Part shown: positions 27,837-37,607 of the stretch, one piece after another
Layout: each line of letters opens with the position of its first letter
Numbering within the stretch: position 1 is the stretch's first letter
Source of the DNA: Gemmatimonadaceae bacterium
Lineage (GTDB): Bacteria > Gemmatimonadota > Gemmatimonadetes > Gemmatimonadales > Gemmatimonadaceae
NCBI GenBank assembly: GCA_025450035.1
Contig: JANWIF010000012.1
Span: forward strand, 7,317 to 71,316
Length of the DNA stretch: 64,000 nucleotides
Direction of reading: 5' to 3'
Notes under the pieces: generated by a model
Seen by the model: only the letters and a program-made list of their open reading frames with translations
What the model was told of the DNA's origin: nothing
Databases searched by the model: none
Position numbers and translations under genes: made by a program

Positions 27837-29609
27837 ATGGCAGATCCGTTCTCGGTCCAGGTCGCTGCGCTTTCCGCCGCGCTTGCCGGCGACTACGTCA
27901 TCGAACGCGAGATTGGACGCGGCGGCATGGGCATTGTCTATCGCGCGCGGGACGTGAAGCTGGATCGTCCGGTAGCGGTGAAGGTACTCCCTCCACACCT
28001 GGCCGATGTGGCCGACGTGCGCGAGCGCTTCCTGCGCGAGGCCCGCACGGCGGCGCGTCTGACGCACCCCAACATCGTGCCCATTCATCGGGCCGACGAG
28101 TTGGGCGGGTTCGTGTTTTTCGTCATGTCGTTGGTGGAAGGCGAATCGTTGGCTGAGCGGTTGCGCGCTCGTGGCCGGCTGTCCCCCGACCAGGCGGTGC
28201 CGCTGCTGGCCGACGTCGCCCGCGCGCTGGGCTACGCGCACGCGCACGGCGTCGTGCATCGCGACATCAAACCCGAGAATGTCCTCATCGACGCGGGCTC
28301 GGGGCGACCCATGGTGACGGACTTCGGCATCGCGCGACTGGCCGAAGCGTCGCCGCTCACGGCGACGGGCCAGGTGCTCGGCACCGTGCACTTCATGAGC
28401 CCCGAGCAGGTTTCTGGCGACACGCTCGACGGGCGCAGCGACCTGTACTCGTTAGGCGTAATGGGGTATTTGGCCCTGTCGGCGCACTATCCGTTCGATG
28501 GAGCGACGGCGTCCGCGGTCCTGGTGGCACACGTCACCAAGATCGCACTGCCACTCCGCGAACTCGCGCCTAACGTTGGGCCGACGTTAGCTGCGATCAT
28601 CGATCGATGCCTCAAACGCAATCCGGACGACCGGTTCGCGACGGGCAGCGATCTGGCCCATGCGCTCGACGCGGCGGCGGGCCGCGGCGGCGCGCCTCCG
28701 GCGCGGGAGCAGCCGCCGGAGAACGCGTTGGCCGCGCCCGGGCTGCCGCCGGTACTCTCCGAACGCGAAGCAATGGCCGTGTGGCAACGTGCCGCGGAGC
28801 TGCAAGCGCTCACGAGTGCCGCGAGCGCGGTGCCCGCCAAACTCGCACCGGAGCAGGCCGAAGCCGCGCGCTCGCTGACCCGCGGCTACCGCCTCGAACA
28901 CGTGCGCGAGGCGGCGATCGAGGCGGGCATCTCCGAGCCCTACGTGCGGCGCGCGGTCGAGGAGGTATTGCGCGCGCAGCCGGCCGCAGCCGTGTCGGCG
29001 AACGCGGGCGCGTCCGCGGGCGAGGTGGCATCGGTGGAGTCGTCCACCGGCAGTCGTTGGGCGAAGATCGCCTTCGGCGCGCCACTCCACATACACCTCG
29101 AGGCCCGGGAAGACGGCGAGGTCCCCGAAGCGGACTTCGATGTGCTGCTCGATGCTATCCGCCGCTCCACGCAGGACCCCGGACACGTCGGCGTGTTCGG
29201 CCGAACGCTCTCGTGGAGCAACGCCGGCGGTCAGCGCCAGCTCAGCATCACGATCTCCTCGCGTGGCGGCCAGACCACCATCCGCGTGGACGAGCGGGTC
29301 GGACCGCTGGCGGGCGCGCTCTTTGGCGGGTTAGGCGGAGGCTTGGGAGGCGGCGGCGCGGGCGGCGTGGCCGCACTCAGCCAATACTTGCTGGGGCCGG
29401 GCTCCATCGGCCTGTCCGTGGTCGCGTACATGGGCGGCGTCCTCCTGCTGGCACGCACGCTCTTCACGCGCGCCGTGCGCCGGCGGCAGCGCCGGCATCG
29501 CGCGCTGCTCGATGAGTTGCGCGGGCTGGTGCGGGGGATGGTCGAGAATCCGGCGCCCGCAATCGGATCCGGTACGGTGGCCAGCGCGGACCGACGCCTG
29601 CTCGGCTAA
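27837..29609 (+). CDS. Ser/Thr protein kinase with a C-terminal uncharacterised domain and Gly-rich/TM tail
   Basis: Motifs GRGGMGIVY, AVKVL, HRDIKPENVLI, DFGIA and GTVHFMSPE. C-terminal GGLGGGLGGGGAGG followed by the hydrophobic SVVAYMGGVLLLARTLF. Starts 9 nt after the CHAT gene. Confidence 0.9.
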   Translation: MADPFSVQVAALSAALAGDYVIEREIGRGGMGIVYRARDVKLDRPVAVKVLPPHLADVADVRERFLREARTAARLTHPNIVPIHRADELGGFVFFVMSLVEGESLAERLRARGRLSPDQAVPLLADVARALGYAHAHGVVHRDIKPENVLIDAGSGRPMVTDFGIARLAEASPLTATGQVLGTVHFMSPEQVSGDTLDGRSDLYSLGVMGYLALSAHYPFDGATASAVLVAHVTKIALPLRELAPNVGPTLAAIIDRCLKRNPDDRFATGSDLAHALDAAAGRGGAPPAREQPPENALAAPGLPPVLSEREAMAVWQRAAELQALTSAASAVPAKLAPEQAEAARSLTRGYRLEHVREAAIEAGISEPYVRRAVEEVLRAQPAAAVSANAGASAGEVASVESSTGSRWAKIAFGAPLHIHLEAREDGEVPEADFDVLLDAIRRSTQDPGHVGVFGRTLSWSNAGGQRQLSITISSRGGQTTIRVDERVGPLAGALFGGLGGGLGGGGAGGVAALSQYLLGPGSIGLSVVAYMGGVLLLARTLFTRAVRRRQRRHRALLDELRGLVRGMVENPAPAIGSGTVASADRRLLG

Positions 29610-29616
29610 CCGGACA

Positions 29617-30228
29617 TCAGCGCGCGAACGTGAGGGGCTCGAGCACCGAACGCAGCTCGGAGCCATCGCCGCGCCGCGCGCGCACCCACCAATGATACGC
29701 CGACGCCGCCGTGAAATGTGCGCTCGCCGGGATCACGAAGCTGGTGTCCCGCGTGGTGTCCCCCGCCATCACGGTACCGCGCGAGTCCAGCACCTCGACA
29801 GTGTAGAAAACGGCTCGCGGTACCGCATGCCACCGCAATTCAGATCCGCCCCCTTTGGGCGCGAGAAGCGCAATGCCGGCGCCTCCGCGCGCATCGCCGC
29901 GCAAGACGCGGCTGGTCTTCGCCGGTCGGAGCATGATTGTGCCCGCCGTGACGGCAACGAGCGCCGACGCCGCGAGCAGCCACCGGGCGTACGTGCGACG
30001 CCGGCGCGCCGCGGGCGACGCCACTCGCAACGCACGTAACAACTCGAGCTCACGGGCACAGGACGGGCACGACAACGCATGATCCAGCGTCTCGAGCCGC
30101 TCCTCCTCGCTCCCTTGGCGCTCCACCAGCGCCCACACCCGTTCGGGAGTGGGACACCCGACGGTGCCCGCGGCGCGCCTCGCGCTGACTGCCTCCTGGT
30201 ACAGCGCCTGCAGCCGTGCATCGGTCAT
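29617..30228 (-). CDS. Membrane anti-sigma factor (zf-HC2/ZAS motif, one TM, ~95-aa extracytoplasmic domain)
   Basis: HALSCPSC (H-x3-C-x2-C) and TM WLLAASALVAVTAGTIML. ATGA overlap with the upstream ECF sigma stop. Confidence 0.7.
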   Translation of the reverse strand: MTDARLQALYQEAVSARRAAGTVGCPTPERVWALVERQGSEEERLETLDHALSCPSCARELELLRALRVASPAARRRRTYARWLLAASALVAVTAGTIMLRPAKTSRVLRGDARGGAGIALLAPKGGGSELRWHAVPRAVFYTVEVLDSRGTVMAGDTTRDTSFVIPASAHFTAASAYHWWVRARRGDGSELRSVLEPLTFAR

Positions 30229-30812
30229 GCGTTCACCTCCGGTCCGATCCCTTTCTCCGTTAGGCGGGCGCGAAGATCCGCCAGCCCCCGATACAACAGA
30301 TTCCGCGTCCGGGCTTCCGACCAACCGAGCAGCGCCGCAATCTCCTCCCGCGTGTAGCCGGTGAGGTACATGCGCACCACCGGGCGGCGCGCCAGCGCGA
30401 GCGTATCGATCGCGGCAGCGACCTGCTGCGCCAACTCGGATGAATCGAGCGTTCGCTCCGGACCCCGCCGCTCCGGCGCGGCGGCCTCGTGGCCGACATC
30501 CTCGAGCGCCGCCTCTCGCGGACGGCGATGGCGCCGTATCACATCGAGCGCAGCCGACACCGCCGTCCGGTACAGGTATGACGACCCCACCACCGAAATC
30601 TGCTCACCAGCGTCTGTCACTGCGTTGGGCGAGACCCGCGTACCTTCGCCGCGAGCGTGCCAGAGGCGGATGCGGACCTCCTGAAACACCTCGTCGACTT
30701 CGCTCTCCGACAATCCGTGCCGAAGCCCAACGCGCCTCACCATCGCCGAGAAACGCATGAGTACCGACTCGATGGCGGGTGAGATCGGGTCGGACGTACG
30801 CGGCGCGCTCAT
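30225..30812 (-). CDS. ECF (sigma-70 family) RNA polymerase sigma factor
   Basis: Region 2 (VDEVFQEVRIRLWHA, YLYRTAVSAALDVIRRHRR) and region 4 (YTREEIAALLGWSEARTRNLLYRGL). Confidence 0.88.
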   Translation of the reverse strand: MSAPRTSDPISPAIESVLMRFSAMVRRVGLRHGLSESEVDEVFQEVRIRLWHARGEGTRVSPNAVTDAGEQISVVGSSYLYRTAVSAALDVIRRHRRPREAALEDVGHEAAAPERRGPERTLDSSELAQQVAAAIDTLALARRPVVRMYLTGYTREEIAALLGWSEARTRNLLYRGLADLRARLTEKGIGPEVNA

Positions 30813-30967
30813 AGGGCGAAGCTAGTGGACGCCATGTCGGTGTGCAAAGCACGATCGAGAATCGCGACCGTGTGCGTGCGTCTATTGGGATGCGCCAGCG
30901 ATCGGATAACCGCCCGCGAGATCACGGCGCATCCGGACTCGTGCACATCCTTCACTCGGGAGCACCT

Positions 30968-31564
30968 ATGCGTACGATCACCCATGGGCTCGCCGCCGCC
31001 GCGCTGGCAACGCTCGCCATGGCAGGTGGATTGCATGCGCAATTCACGACCCCGTCAGGATACGAGCAGCCACACAAGTTGCGCATCGGATTCGGTGGCG
31101 GGGTCGACGTGCCAACCAGCAACGCCGGCGACGCGTTCAAGAACGGCGTGCACGGACAGGCATTCTTGCTCGTGTCGCTCGGCATGCTGCCAGCGCTGCG
31201 ATTCAATCTCGGGTACTCGAAGTTCAACCTCAAGGATGCGCTGAACGGTGGCGGGTCGGGCGACTCGCGCATCCTCAGCGGCACGGCCGGAATGAAAATC
31301 GACCTCCTGCACGGGCCAGTGCGCCCGTACGTCCTGGCCGGCGTCGGGGCGTTCAACATCAAGAATACTTTGACCGCCTCCGACAGCACCGGCAGCGCCA
31401 GCGAAACCAAGTTCGGCGTCGACGGCGGGGCGGGCCTGGCGTTCAGGGTCGGCCGCATCGATGCGTTCGTCGAAGGCCGGGTGCAAAACGTGTTTACCAA
31501 CAAGGGCGTGATAAACGCGAGCACGATTCGGACGGTGCCCGTCAGCTTTGGGATAATCTTCTGA
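30968..31564 (+). CDS. Outer-membrane beta-barrel protein (OmpW/porin-like small barrel)
   Basis: Signal peptide MRTITHGLAAAALATLAMAGGLHA-Q, alternating amphipathic strands, and a C-terminal ..VSFGIIF. Confidence 0.7.
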   Translation: MRTITHGLAAAALATLAMAGGLHAQFTTPSGYEQPHKLRIGFGGGVDVPTSNAGDAFKNGVHGQAFLLVSLGMLPALRFNLGYSKFNLKDALNGGGSGDSRILSGTAGMKIDLLHGPVRPYVLAGVGAFNIKNTLTASDSTGSASETKFGVDGGAGLAFRVGRIDAFVEGRVQNVFTNKGVINASTIRTVPVSFGIIF

Positions 31565-31672
31565 AGAGGGAAGATCAAAAGGGAACGAAGGGAGAGGGAA
31601 CAAGAAAAAGGAATGATTGAGTCGTTCCCGTTCTCCCTTCCCCCTTCCCCCTTCCCTTGCTGTCCCCCGGTG
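31564..31672. repeat. Family A polypurine/polypyrimidine hairpin element, copy 1
   Basis: Purine arm GAAGAGGGAAGATCAAAAGGGAACGAAGGGAGAGGGAAC, an AT-richer centre, and pyrimidine arm GTTCCCGTTCTCCCTTCCCCCTTCCCCCTTCCC. Shares GGGAACGAAG with 59985-59994. Confidence 0.5.
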
Positions 31673-31804
31673 ACCGTCATCGGATAATTGTCGCCTCCTT
31701 TGTAGGCAGGAACTCGTCGAGCCCCGCCGGACGGGAGTATGTGCTTCTCTCCCCAGGCCTCAGTGCTCATAGTATCTTCAGGTGTACTTCACACCTGGGA
31801 TCTA

Positions 31805-33913
31805 ATGGCTACTCAAACACGTGCCGAACGCAGAGGGACTGCGGGACTGAGCCGCGAACAACTGGTGGGCGCGTTCCGGACGATGTACTTGTCACGGCGG
31901 CTGGATGACAAGGAAATCCAGCTCAAACGGCAGAACAAGATTTTTTTTCAGATCTCCGGCGCTGGGCACGAGGCAGCGCTCACTGCGGCGGGAATGGTTC
32001 TGCGCGGTGGGCACGACTGGTTCTTTCCATACTATCGCGACCGCGCGCTCTGTCTGCAGTTGGGCATGACACCGTCGGAGATGCTGTACGAAGCGGCGGG
32101 CGCGGCCGTCGACCCCAACTCCGGGGGCCGGCAGATGCCCAGCCACTGGGGTAGCAAGCGGCTGAACATCGTGTCCTCGTCATCCCCCACCGGCACGCAG
32201 TTCCTTCACGCCGTGGGGTGCGCTGAGGCCTCGCTCCGCGCGTCACTCCTGTCGATTACCGAGGGGTTCCAGGCGGATGAAGTCGCGTACGTCTCGGCCG
32301 GCGATGGCACGACTAGCGAAGGAGAGTTCTGGGAGTCGATCAACAGCGCCTGCACGCTCGGCCTTCCGGTCGTGTATCTCATCGAAGACAACGGCTACGC
32401 CATCTCGGTGCCCGTGGAAGTGAACACGCCGGGCGCTAACATCTCCAAGTTGCTCTCGGCGTTTCCAGGTCTGCTCATCCAGGAAGTCGACGGGTGCGAT
32501 TTCATTGCCAGCCACGCGGCCATGTCGGCCGCCGTCGAGTACGCGCGGGCCCGCCGCGGACCGGCGCTGGTACACGCGCACGTCATTCGCCCGTACTCGC
32601 ACTCGTTGTCCGACGACGAAGTGATGTACCGGCCGCCCGAAGAGCGCGAGTCGGAAGCGGCGCGTGATCCGCTCCTCACCTTCCCGCGGTGGCTGCTCGA
32701 GAAAGGCCACATCACCGAAGATGCGCTCGCGACACTCAAGGAAGACGTGGACGGAATCATCCTCGCCGCCACGGACGACGCGCTCGCCCAACCGCAGCCC
32801 ACGCCGGACACGGTGCTGTTCGCCGTGTACTCGCCCGACGTCGACCCCACGAGCGAGCAGTTCGATACCGAGGACGATCCGCAGTTCGCGGGCGAGCCCA
32901 CCACGATGGTCGACCTGCTCAACAGTTGCATGAAAGACGAGATGCGGCGCGACGGCAAGATTCTCGTGTTCGGCGAGGATGTGGCCGACGTTTCGCGCGC
33001 GCAGTATCTGGACAAGGTCAAAGGCAAGGGCGGCGTATTCAAAGTCACATGGGGACTGCAGCGCGAATTCGGCGGTGACCGCGTGTACAACTCTCCGCTC
33101 GCGGAAGCCAATATCGTTGGGCGCGCAGTGGGGCTCGCGCTGCGCGGCTTCAAACCGGTCGTCGAGATTCAATTCTTCGACTACATCTGGCCAGCATACA
33201 TGCAGATCCGCAACGAGCTCGCCACCATGCGCTGGCGCTCGAACAACGCGTTCAGCTCACCGGTCGTCGTGCGCGTGACGTACGGCGGTTACATCCGCGG
33301 CGCCATCTACCATTCGCAGACCGGCGCGGCGTTGTTCGCGCACTGTCCCGGATTGCGCGTGGTGTGTCCGGCTACCGCGCTCGAGGCCAACGGCCTGTTA
33401 CGCACCGCCATCCGCTGCGACGACCCGGTGCTGTTCCTCGAGCACAAGCACCTCTACCGCCAAACGTACAACAAGGGGCGTTATCCGGGTCCGAACTTCA
33501 TGATCCCGTTCAGTAAGGCGCGCGTGGTGCGCGCCGGCGCTGATATCACTGTGGTGACGTACGGGGCCACGGTGCAGCGCGCGCTGGTGGCGGCAAACCA
33601 AGTAGCCGAGCGCGGCATCGACGTCGAGGTGATCGACCTGCGCACGTTGTCGCCGTGGGATCGCGAGGCGGTGGTAGCGTCGGTGCGCAAGACGTCGCGC
33701 GTGATCGTGGCGTACGAGGACTCGCTCTCGTGGGGCTACGGCGCCGAGATCGCTGCGTCGATCGCGGACGAGTGCTTCGCGTGGCTCGACGCGCCGGTAA
33801 AGCGCGTCGCGTCCGAGGACACGTTCGTCGGCTACGCGCCGTCGCTCGAGGACGCCATTCTCCCGCAGATCGACGACTTCACGCGCGCGTACGAGGAGCT
33901 GGCGGCGTTCTGA
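31805..33913 (+). CDS. Fused alpha/beta E1 component of a 2-oxoacid (branched-chain/pyruvate-type) dehydrogenase
   Basis: N-terminal TPP-binding alpha part ([26 protein letters not shown]) fused to a transketolase-like beta part (KILVFGEDV.., [19 protein letters not shown]). ATG 31805. Confidence 0.9.
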   Translation: MATQTRAERRGTAGLSREQLVGAFRTMYLSRRLDDKEIQLKRQNKIFFQISGAGHEAALTAAGMVLRGGHDWFFPYYRDRALCLQLGMTPSEMLYEAAGAAVDPNSGGRQMPSHWGSKRLNIVSSSSPTGTQFLHAVGCAEASLRASLLSITEGFQADEVAYVSAGDGTTSEGEFWESINSACTLGLPVVYLIEDNGYAISVPVEVNTPGANISKLLSAFPGLLIQEVDGCDFIASHAAMSAAVEYARARRGPALVHAHVIRPYSHSLSDDEVMYRPPEERESEAARDPLLTFPRWLLEKGHITEDALATLKEDVDGIILAATDDALAQPQPTPDTVLFAVYSPDVDPTSEQFDTEDDPQFAGEPTTMVDLLNSCMKDEMRRDGKILVFGEDVADVSRAQYLDKVKGKGGVFKVTWGLQREFGGDRVYNSPLAEANIVGRAVGLALRGFKPVVEIQFFDYIWPAYMQIRNELATMRWRSNNAFSSPVVVRVTYGGYIRGAIYHSQTGAALFAHCPGLRVVCPATALEANGLLRTAIRCDDPVLFLEHKHLYRQTYNKGRYPGPNFMIPFSKARVVRAGADITVVTYGATVQRALVAANQVAERGIDVEVIDLRTLSPWDREAVVASVRKTSRVIVAYEDSLSWGYGAEIAASIADECFAWLDAPVKRVASEDTFVGYAPSLEDAILPQIDDFTRAYEELAAF

Positions 33914-33932
33914 GCAGCGGCGCTCGGCAGCG

Positions 33933-34454
33933 CTACTCCTCGGTACCCGAGAACTGCGCGGCGATCGTCGTCGGCGCGATGACGACGCCGTTGGCGGTAT
34001 TCCATGAACATGGCAGCGTTAGGCCACCGGTGAGCGCCAGCGCGCCACCGGACACGGCGCCATCCATGATGCTCGACACGGCCTGCGTGAAGTCGCAACC
34101 GGGCAGCAGCGTCTCCAGGTAGGCGAGCGCCTGCAACGGCGTTTCGTTCGGATCGCCGAAGTGGGTGATCGAAACCCCACCGTTGCCGGCCATCGTGCCG
34201 GTGACGGTGCCCGAGCCGCCGTTGTTCTGGAGCGCGAACGACCCCACGAACGATCCATCCTCGGCCGGCGCGCCCAGGGTGACGGTACCGAGCGCTTGCT
34301 GCAGCGACTGCGTGCTGCTGATGCTCGGCGCGCTGGCAGTGAAGTTGAAGAACGTGTCGTAAGTACCCGCCGCCGGCGGCGCATCCGGACTGGTCAGGCC
34401 GCTGCATCCCGCGAGGAAGACCGCTGCACGCACCGCGATGAGCCCGCTTCTCAT
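33933..34454 (-). CDS. Hypothetical lipoprotein
   Basis: MRSGLIAVRAAVFLAGC lipobox at the start taken at ATG 34454. No recognisable domain. Confidence 0.55.
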   Translation of the reverse strand: MRSGLIAVRAAVFLAGCSGLTSPDAPPAAGTYDTFFNFTASAPSISSTQSLQQALGTVTLGAPAEDGSFVGSFALQNNGGSGTVTGTMAGNGGVSITHFGDPNETPLQALAYLETLLPGCDFTQAVSSIMDGAVSGGALALTGGLTLPCSWNTANGVVIAPTTIAAQFSGTEE

Positions 34455-34603
34455 GCTGATGGCCCCCGTTAGGCGAGGAGATTCACTACCCGTGACGGGA
34501 GACTGATGGGTCGGCGCGAGGTAACGCACGGCCCAGCACGGTGCGCCGCTCGTTGGCGTTGATCGCATCGCCCGGCGCGAACCGGACGGAGCCGATGCCG
34601 CGC

Positions 34604-36280
34604 TCAGGGCCGCGAATACATCTGTACGCCGCCCACGAACGTCATCATCACGTGCGCGTCGCGAATCTGGTCGGGTGGGATACGCGTGAGATCTTTGTCG
34701 ACGATCACGAAATCGGCCAACTTCCCGCGGACCAGCGATCCTTTGATCCCCTCCTCGAACGACGCGTACGCCGCGCCCGTGGTGTACGCGCGCAATGCCT
34801 CCTCGACGGTGATCTTCTGCTCGGGAATCCAGCCACCGGGATGCGCATCATCCAACGTCCGGCGCGTCGCGGCCGCGTAGATCCCCTCGATCGGCGTCGG
34901 CGGCGCGACGTCCCAGTCGGAGCCGAACGCGAGATGGGTGTGGGCATCGAGCAGCGACCGGAACGCGTACGTGGTCCGGCTGCGGTCGTGACCGATCACC
35001 CGCTCGGCCCACCGGCCGTCGTCGATCGCGTGGTACGGCTGCATGCTGGCAATCACGCCTAACTGGGCGAAACGCGGGATGTCCGCCGGCGCGAGGTGCT
35101 GGGCATGCTCGATGCGGAAGCGGCGGTCTCGCGGACCGTTTTCCTGCTCCACCCGCTGGTAGATGTCCAACTGGAGGCGGTTCGCCCGATCGCCGATCGC
35201 GTGGACGATCACGTGCAGGCCTGCGCGGTCGGCGCCGCTGGTCCACCGATAGAGATCGGCCGGCGTGTTGACGAGCAGCCCCGTATCGTTAGGCGCGTCG
35301 GTAAAGGGCGCCAGCATGGCGGCCGTGTGCGAACCCAGCGAGCCATCCACGAACCCCTTGAGAGCGCCGATTCGCAGCCACGCGTCGCCGCGGCCGCGCG
35401 CGGCGACAGTGTCGCGCAGCCGCTCCCAGGTAGCCAACGGAACCGCGGCGTAGATGCGCGTGCGCAGCCGCCCGGCCACCCGCGCGCGCTCGAACACCGC
35501 CAGGTCGTTCCACGTCCCCATGTGGTCGACGGATGTCACACCCTGCGCAGCCACGTACGACATGGCGGCATCCAACGCGCGGTCCTCGATGGCCGGAGAC
35601 GGATCGGGAATCGCATGGTCGAGCAGACCCATCGCGTTGTCCTTGAGCACGCCCGTCGGCTCGCCCGCCGCGTCGCGCACGATCGTGCCACCGTCCACAT
35701 CAGCAGTGGCGCGCGTAATTCCCGCGGCCCGCAGCGCCGCGGAGTTGGCCAGTCCCATGTGGCCGTCAAGCCGTTGGACCCACACCGGATGATCGGGGGT
35801 CACGGAGTCGATCCAATCGCGCCGCGGCAGCTCGCCGCCCCACAACGTGTGGTCCCAGTCGCCGCCCATGATCCACGTGCCCCCTCCCCGCCCCTTGGGC
35901 ACCGTGGCCGCATAGGCCTTGATGCGCGCGATGAACTCGGCAGGCGTGCGCGCGTCGCGTAGCTGCACCGACGAGAGCGTGAATCCGCCGCTCAGAAAGT
36001 GCACGTGCGCGTCGATGAATCCCGGAGCGACGAATGCACCGTGCGCATCGATGATCCGCGCGTCGCCGGCGGCAAGCTTGCGAATTTCCGCGCTCGATCC
36101 CACGGCAGCAATCGTGTCGCCGCTCACCGCGATGGCGTCAGCCCACGGCCGCGCCGAATCGCCGGTCCAGACCCGTGCATTCACCACCGCCAGCTGCACC
36201 GCACGCGCAGACGGCGGATCGGGTAACGCGGACGTCATGAGGAGCAGCAGAGTGAGTAGCGCGATGGAGCGCGCGGGCAC
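34604..36280 (-). CDS. Amidohydrolase-family (Amidohydro_3) metal-dependent hydrolase, exported
   Basis: Signal-like N-terminus, motifs GFIDAHVHF, VHAIGD and the IEHAQH pattern. GTG start at 36280. Confidence 0.88.
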   Translation of the reverse strand: MPARSIALLTLLLLMTSALPDPPSARAVQLAVVNARVWTGDSARPWADAIAVSGDTIAAVGSSAEIRKLAAGDARIIDAHGAFVAPGFIDAHVHFLSGGFTLSSVQLRDARTPAEFIARIKAYAATVPKGRGGGTWIMGGDWDHTLWGGELPRRDWIDSVTPDHPVWVQRLDGHMGLANSAALRAAGITRATADVDGGTIVRDAAGEPTGVLKDNAMGLLDHAIPDPSPAIEDRALDAAMSYVAAQGVTSVDHMGTWNDLAVFERARVAGRLRTRIYAAVPLATWERLRDTVAARGRGDAWLRIGALKGFVDGSLGSHTAAMLAPFTDAPNDTGLLVNTPADLYRWTSGADRAGLHVIVHAIGDRANRLQLDIYQRVEQENGPRDRRFRIEHAQHLAPADIPRFAQLGVIASMQPYHAIDDGRWAERVIGHDRSRTTYAFRSLLDAHTHLAFGSDWDVAPPTPIEGIYAAATRRTLDDAHPGGWIPEQKITVEEALRAYTTGAAYASFEEGIKGSLVRGKLADFVIVDKDLTRIPPDQIRDAHVMMTFVGGVQMYSRP

Positions 36281-36610
36281 TCAGCGACGCTCCATGGCAT
36301 CGCGAATGTCCAACAGAATCTCGAAGTACAGCTGCTCACGCCGGTAGGCGAAGTCGAGCGTGGACATCTGCGCCTGGTCGCCTCCAGTCTTGGCGCGCTC
36401 GAACGCCTCGCGGTACATCTCGTCGAGGTTGGACAGGATGCGGTCGCGGGAACGGGACATACGGATGCTCTCGAGGGCTCTGAGGATGAGACGTGGCGGC
36501 TCGATCTCGGCGGGCGGCCGCAGGTTCGCATCTGCACGCGCGAGAAGGAATCGTTTGGCCGCCCCCATGAGGGCGCGCCGGGGTGGAATGGGCTCGGGCA
36601 AGAATGACAA
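36281..36610 (-). CDS. Hypothetical small protein (start uncertain: TTG 36610, ATG 36568 or later)
   Basis: The ORF abuts the amidohydrolase start and GC3 is high from about codon 15. No recognised motif, and the 5' end overlaps repeat A2. Confidence 0.4.
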   Translation of the reverse strand: MSFLPEPIPPRRALMGAAKRFLLARADANLRPPAEIEPPRLILRALESIRMSRSRDRILSNLDEMYREAFERAKTGGDQAQMSTLDFAYRREQLYFEILLDIRDAMERR

Positions 36611-36716
36611 TAAAGTCGGGACGGAAGAACGGGGGAAGAAGCGAAAGGTAAGAGGCGGGAGGTAAGCGGGGATAGTAGCGCTTCCGCTCCATCTTCTCTT
36701 ACCTGTCTTTATTATC
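36606..36716. repeat. Family A polypurine/polypyrimidine hairpin element, copy 2
   Basis: GACAATAAAG..CTTTATTATC outer arms and AGGTAAGAG/CTCTTACCT inner arms. The 19-mer AGGTAAGAGGCGGGAGGTA (36646-36664) is the exact reverse complement of 39676-39694. Confidence 0.55.
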
Positions 36717-37016
36717 TCCCGGCGGAGCCCGGTACTTGTACGCTTCTACCACACGGCCGCCGATAAGATGCTCGCGCACGATGCGCTCGGCGCCGTGCAC
36801 ATCAACGCCCGCGTACCACACATCGTCGGGATACACCACCACCATCGGCCCATGGCCGCACTGGTTCATACACCCGGCGTGATTGACGCGTACGATTCCT
36901 TTGAGGCCCGCGGCTTTGACACCCAGCTTGAGCGTGGCGTGCACCGCGTCCGCGCCTTGGGTGGGGCACGTCGCGCCTGAAGTGCAAACAAATACGTGAC
37001 GGCGATATTGACCCAT
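36699..37016 (-). CDS. Thioredoxin-like [2Fe-2S] ferredoxin
   Basis: Cys ligand pairs HVFVCTSGATC and GCMNQCGHGP. Start taken at ATG 37016. Confidence 0.85.
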   Translation of the reverse strand: MGQYRRHVFVCTSGATCPTQGADAVHATLKLGVKAAGLKGIVRVNHAGCMNQCGHGPMVVVYPDDVWYAGVDVHGAERIVREHLIGGRVVEAYKYRAPPGDNKDR

Positions 37017-37094
37017 CTCGTAAGATAGGGTCGGCCGACACGCCGGGTGAGGGTCGTCTTGCCCGGCACACGGCGCGTACACTAGCGTTCGATC

Positions 37095-37607
37095 ATGGCC
37101 ACCTCAATCGAACCCTGGCTCCGCGGCCCCGTCGCGGGAGTCGATCCATACTTGCAGCCGGCGGCACACGCGCTGCTCCAGGCGTCCGAAGACATCGAGC
37201 GCGCGGCACGCGACCTTACCCCTGATGAGCTCTGGGTCAGGCCCGCTGGGGCCGCCTCGATGGGGTTTCACCTCCGACACGTCGCCGGCAGCATCGATCG
37301 TCTGCTCACGTATGCACGAGGCAGCTCGCTGAGCGATGCGCAACGCGCCGTGATCGCGACCGAGCGCGTGCCCGGCGATCCACCGCCCGATGCCGCAACG
37401 TTGATCCGTGACACACAAGCGGCGATGGCACGCGCGATCGATGTGCTGCGGGCCACTCCGCGCGATACGCTACTCGAACCGCGCGCGGTGGGTCGCAAGG
37501 CGCTGCCGTCCACCGTGATCGGACTGCTGTGCCACGTTGCCGAACACACGCAACGACATGTCGGCCAATGCATCGTCACGAGCAAAGTGGTGCGCGCGTG
37601 GCGATAG
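37095..37607 (+). CDS. DinB-family (DinB_2/YfiT-like) protein
   Basis: Four-helix DinB pattern with conserved His residues ([22 protein letters not shown]). Confidence 0.8.
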   Translation: MATSIEPWLRGPVAGVDPYLQPAAHALLQASEDIERAARDLTPDELWVRPAGAASMGFHLRHVAGSIDRLLTYARGSSLSDAQRAVIATERVPGDPPPDAATLIRDTQAAMARAIDVLRATPRDTLLEPRAVGRKALPSTVIGLLCHVAEHTQRHVGQCIVTSKVVRAWR

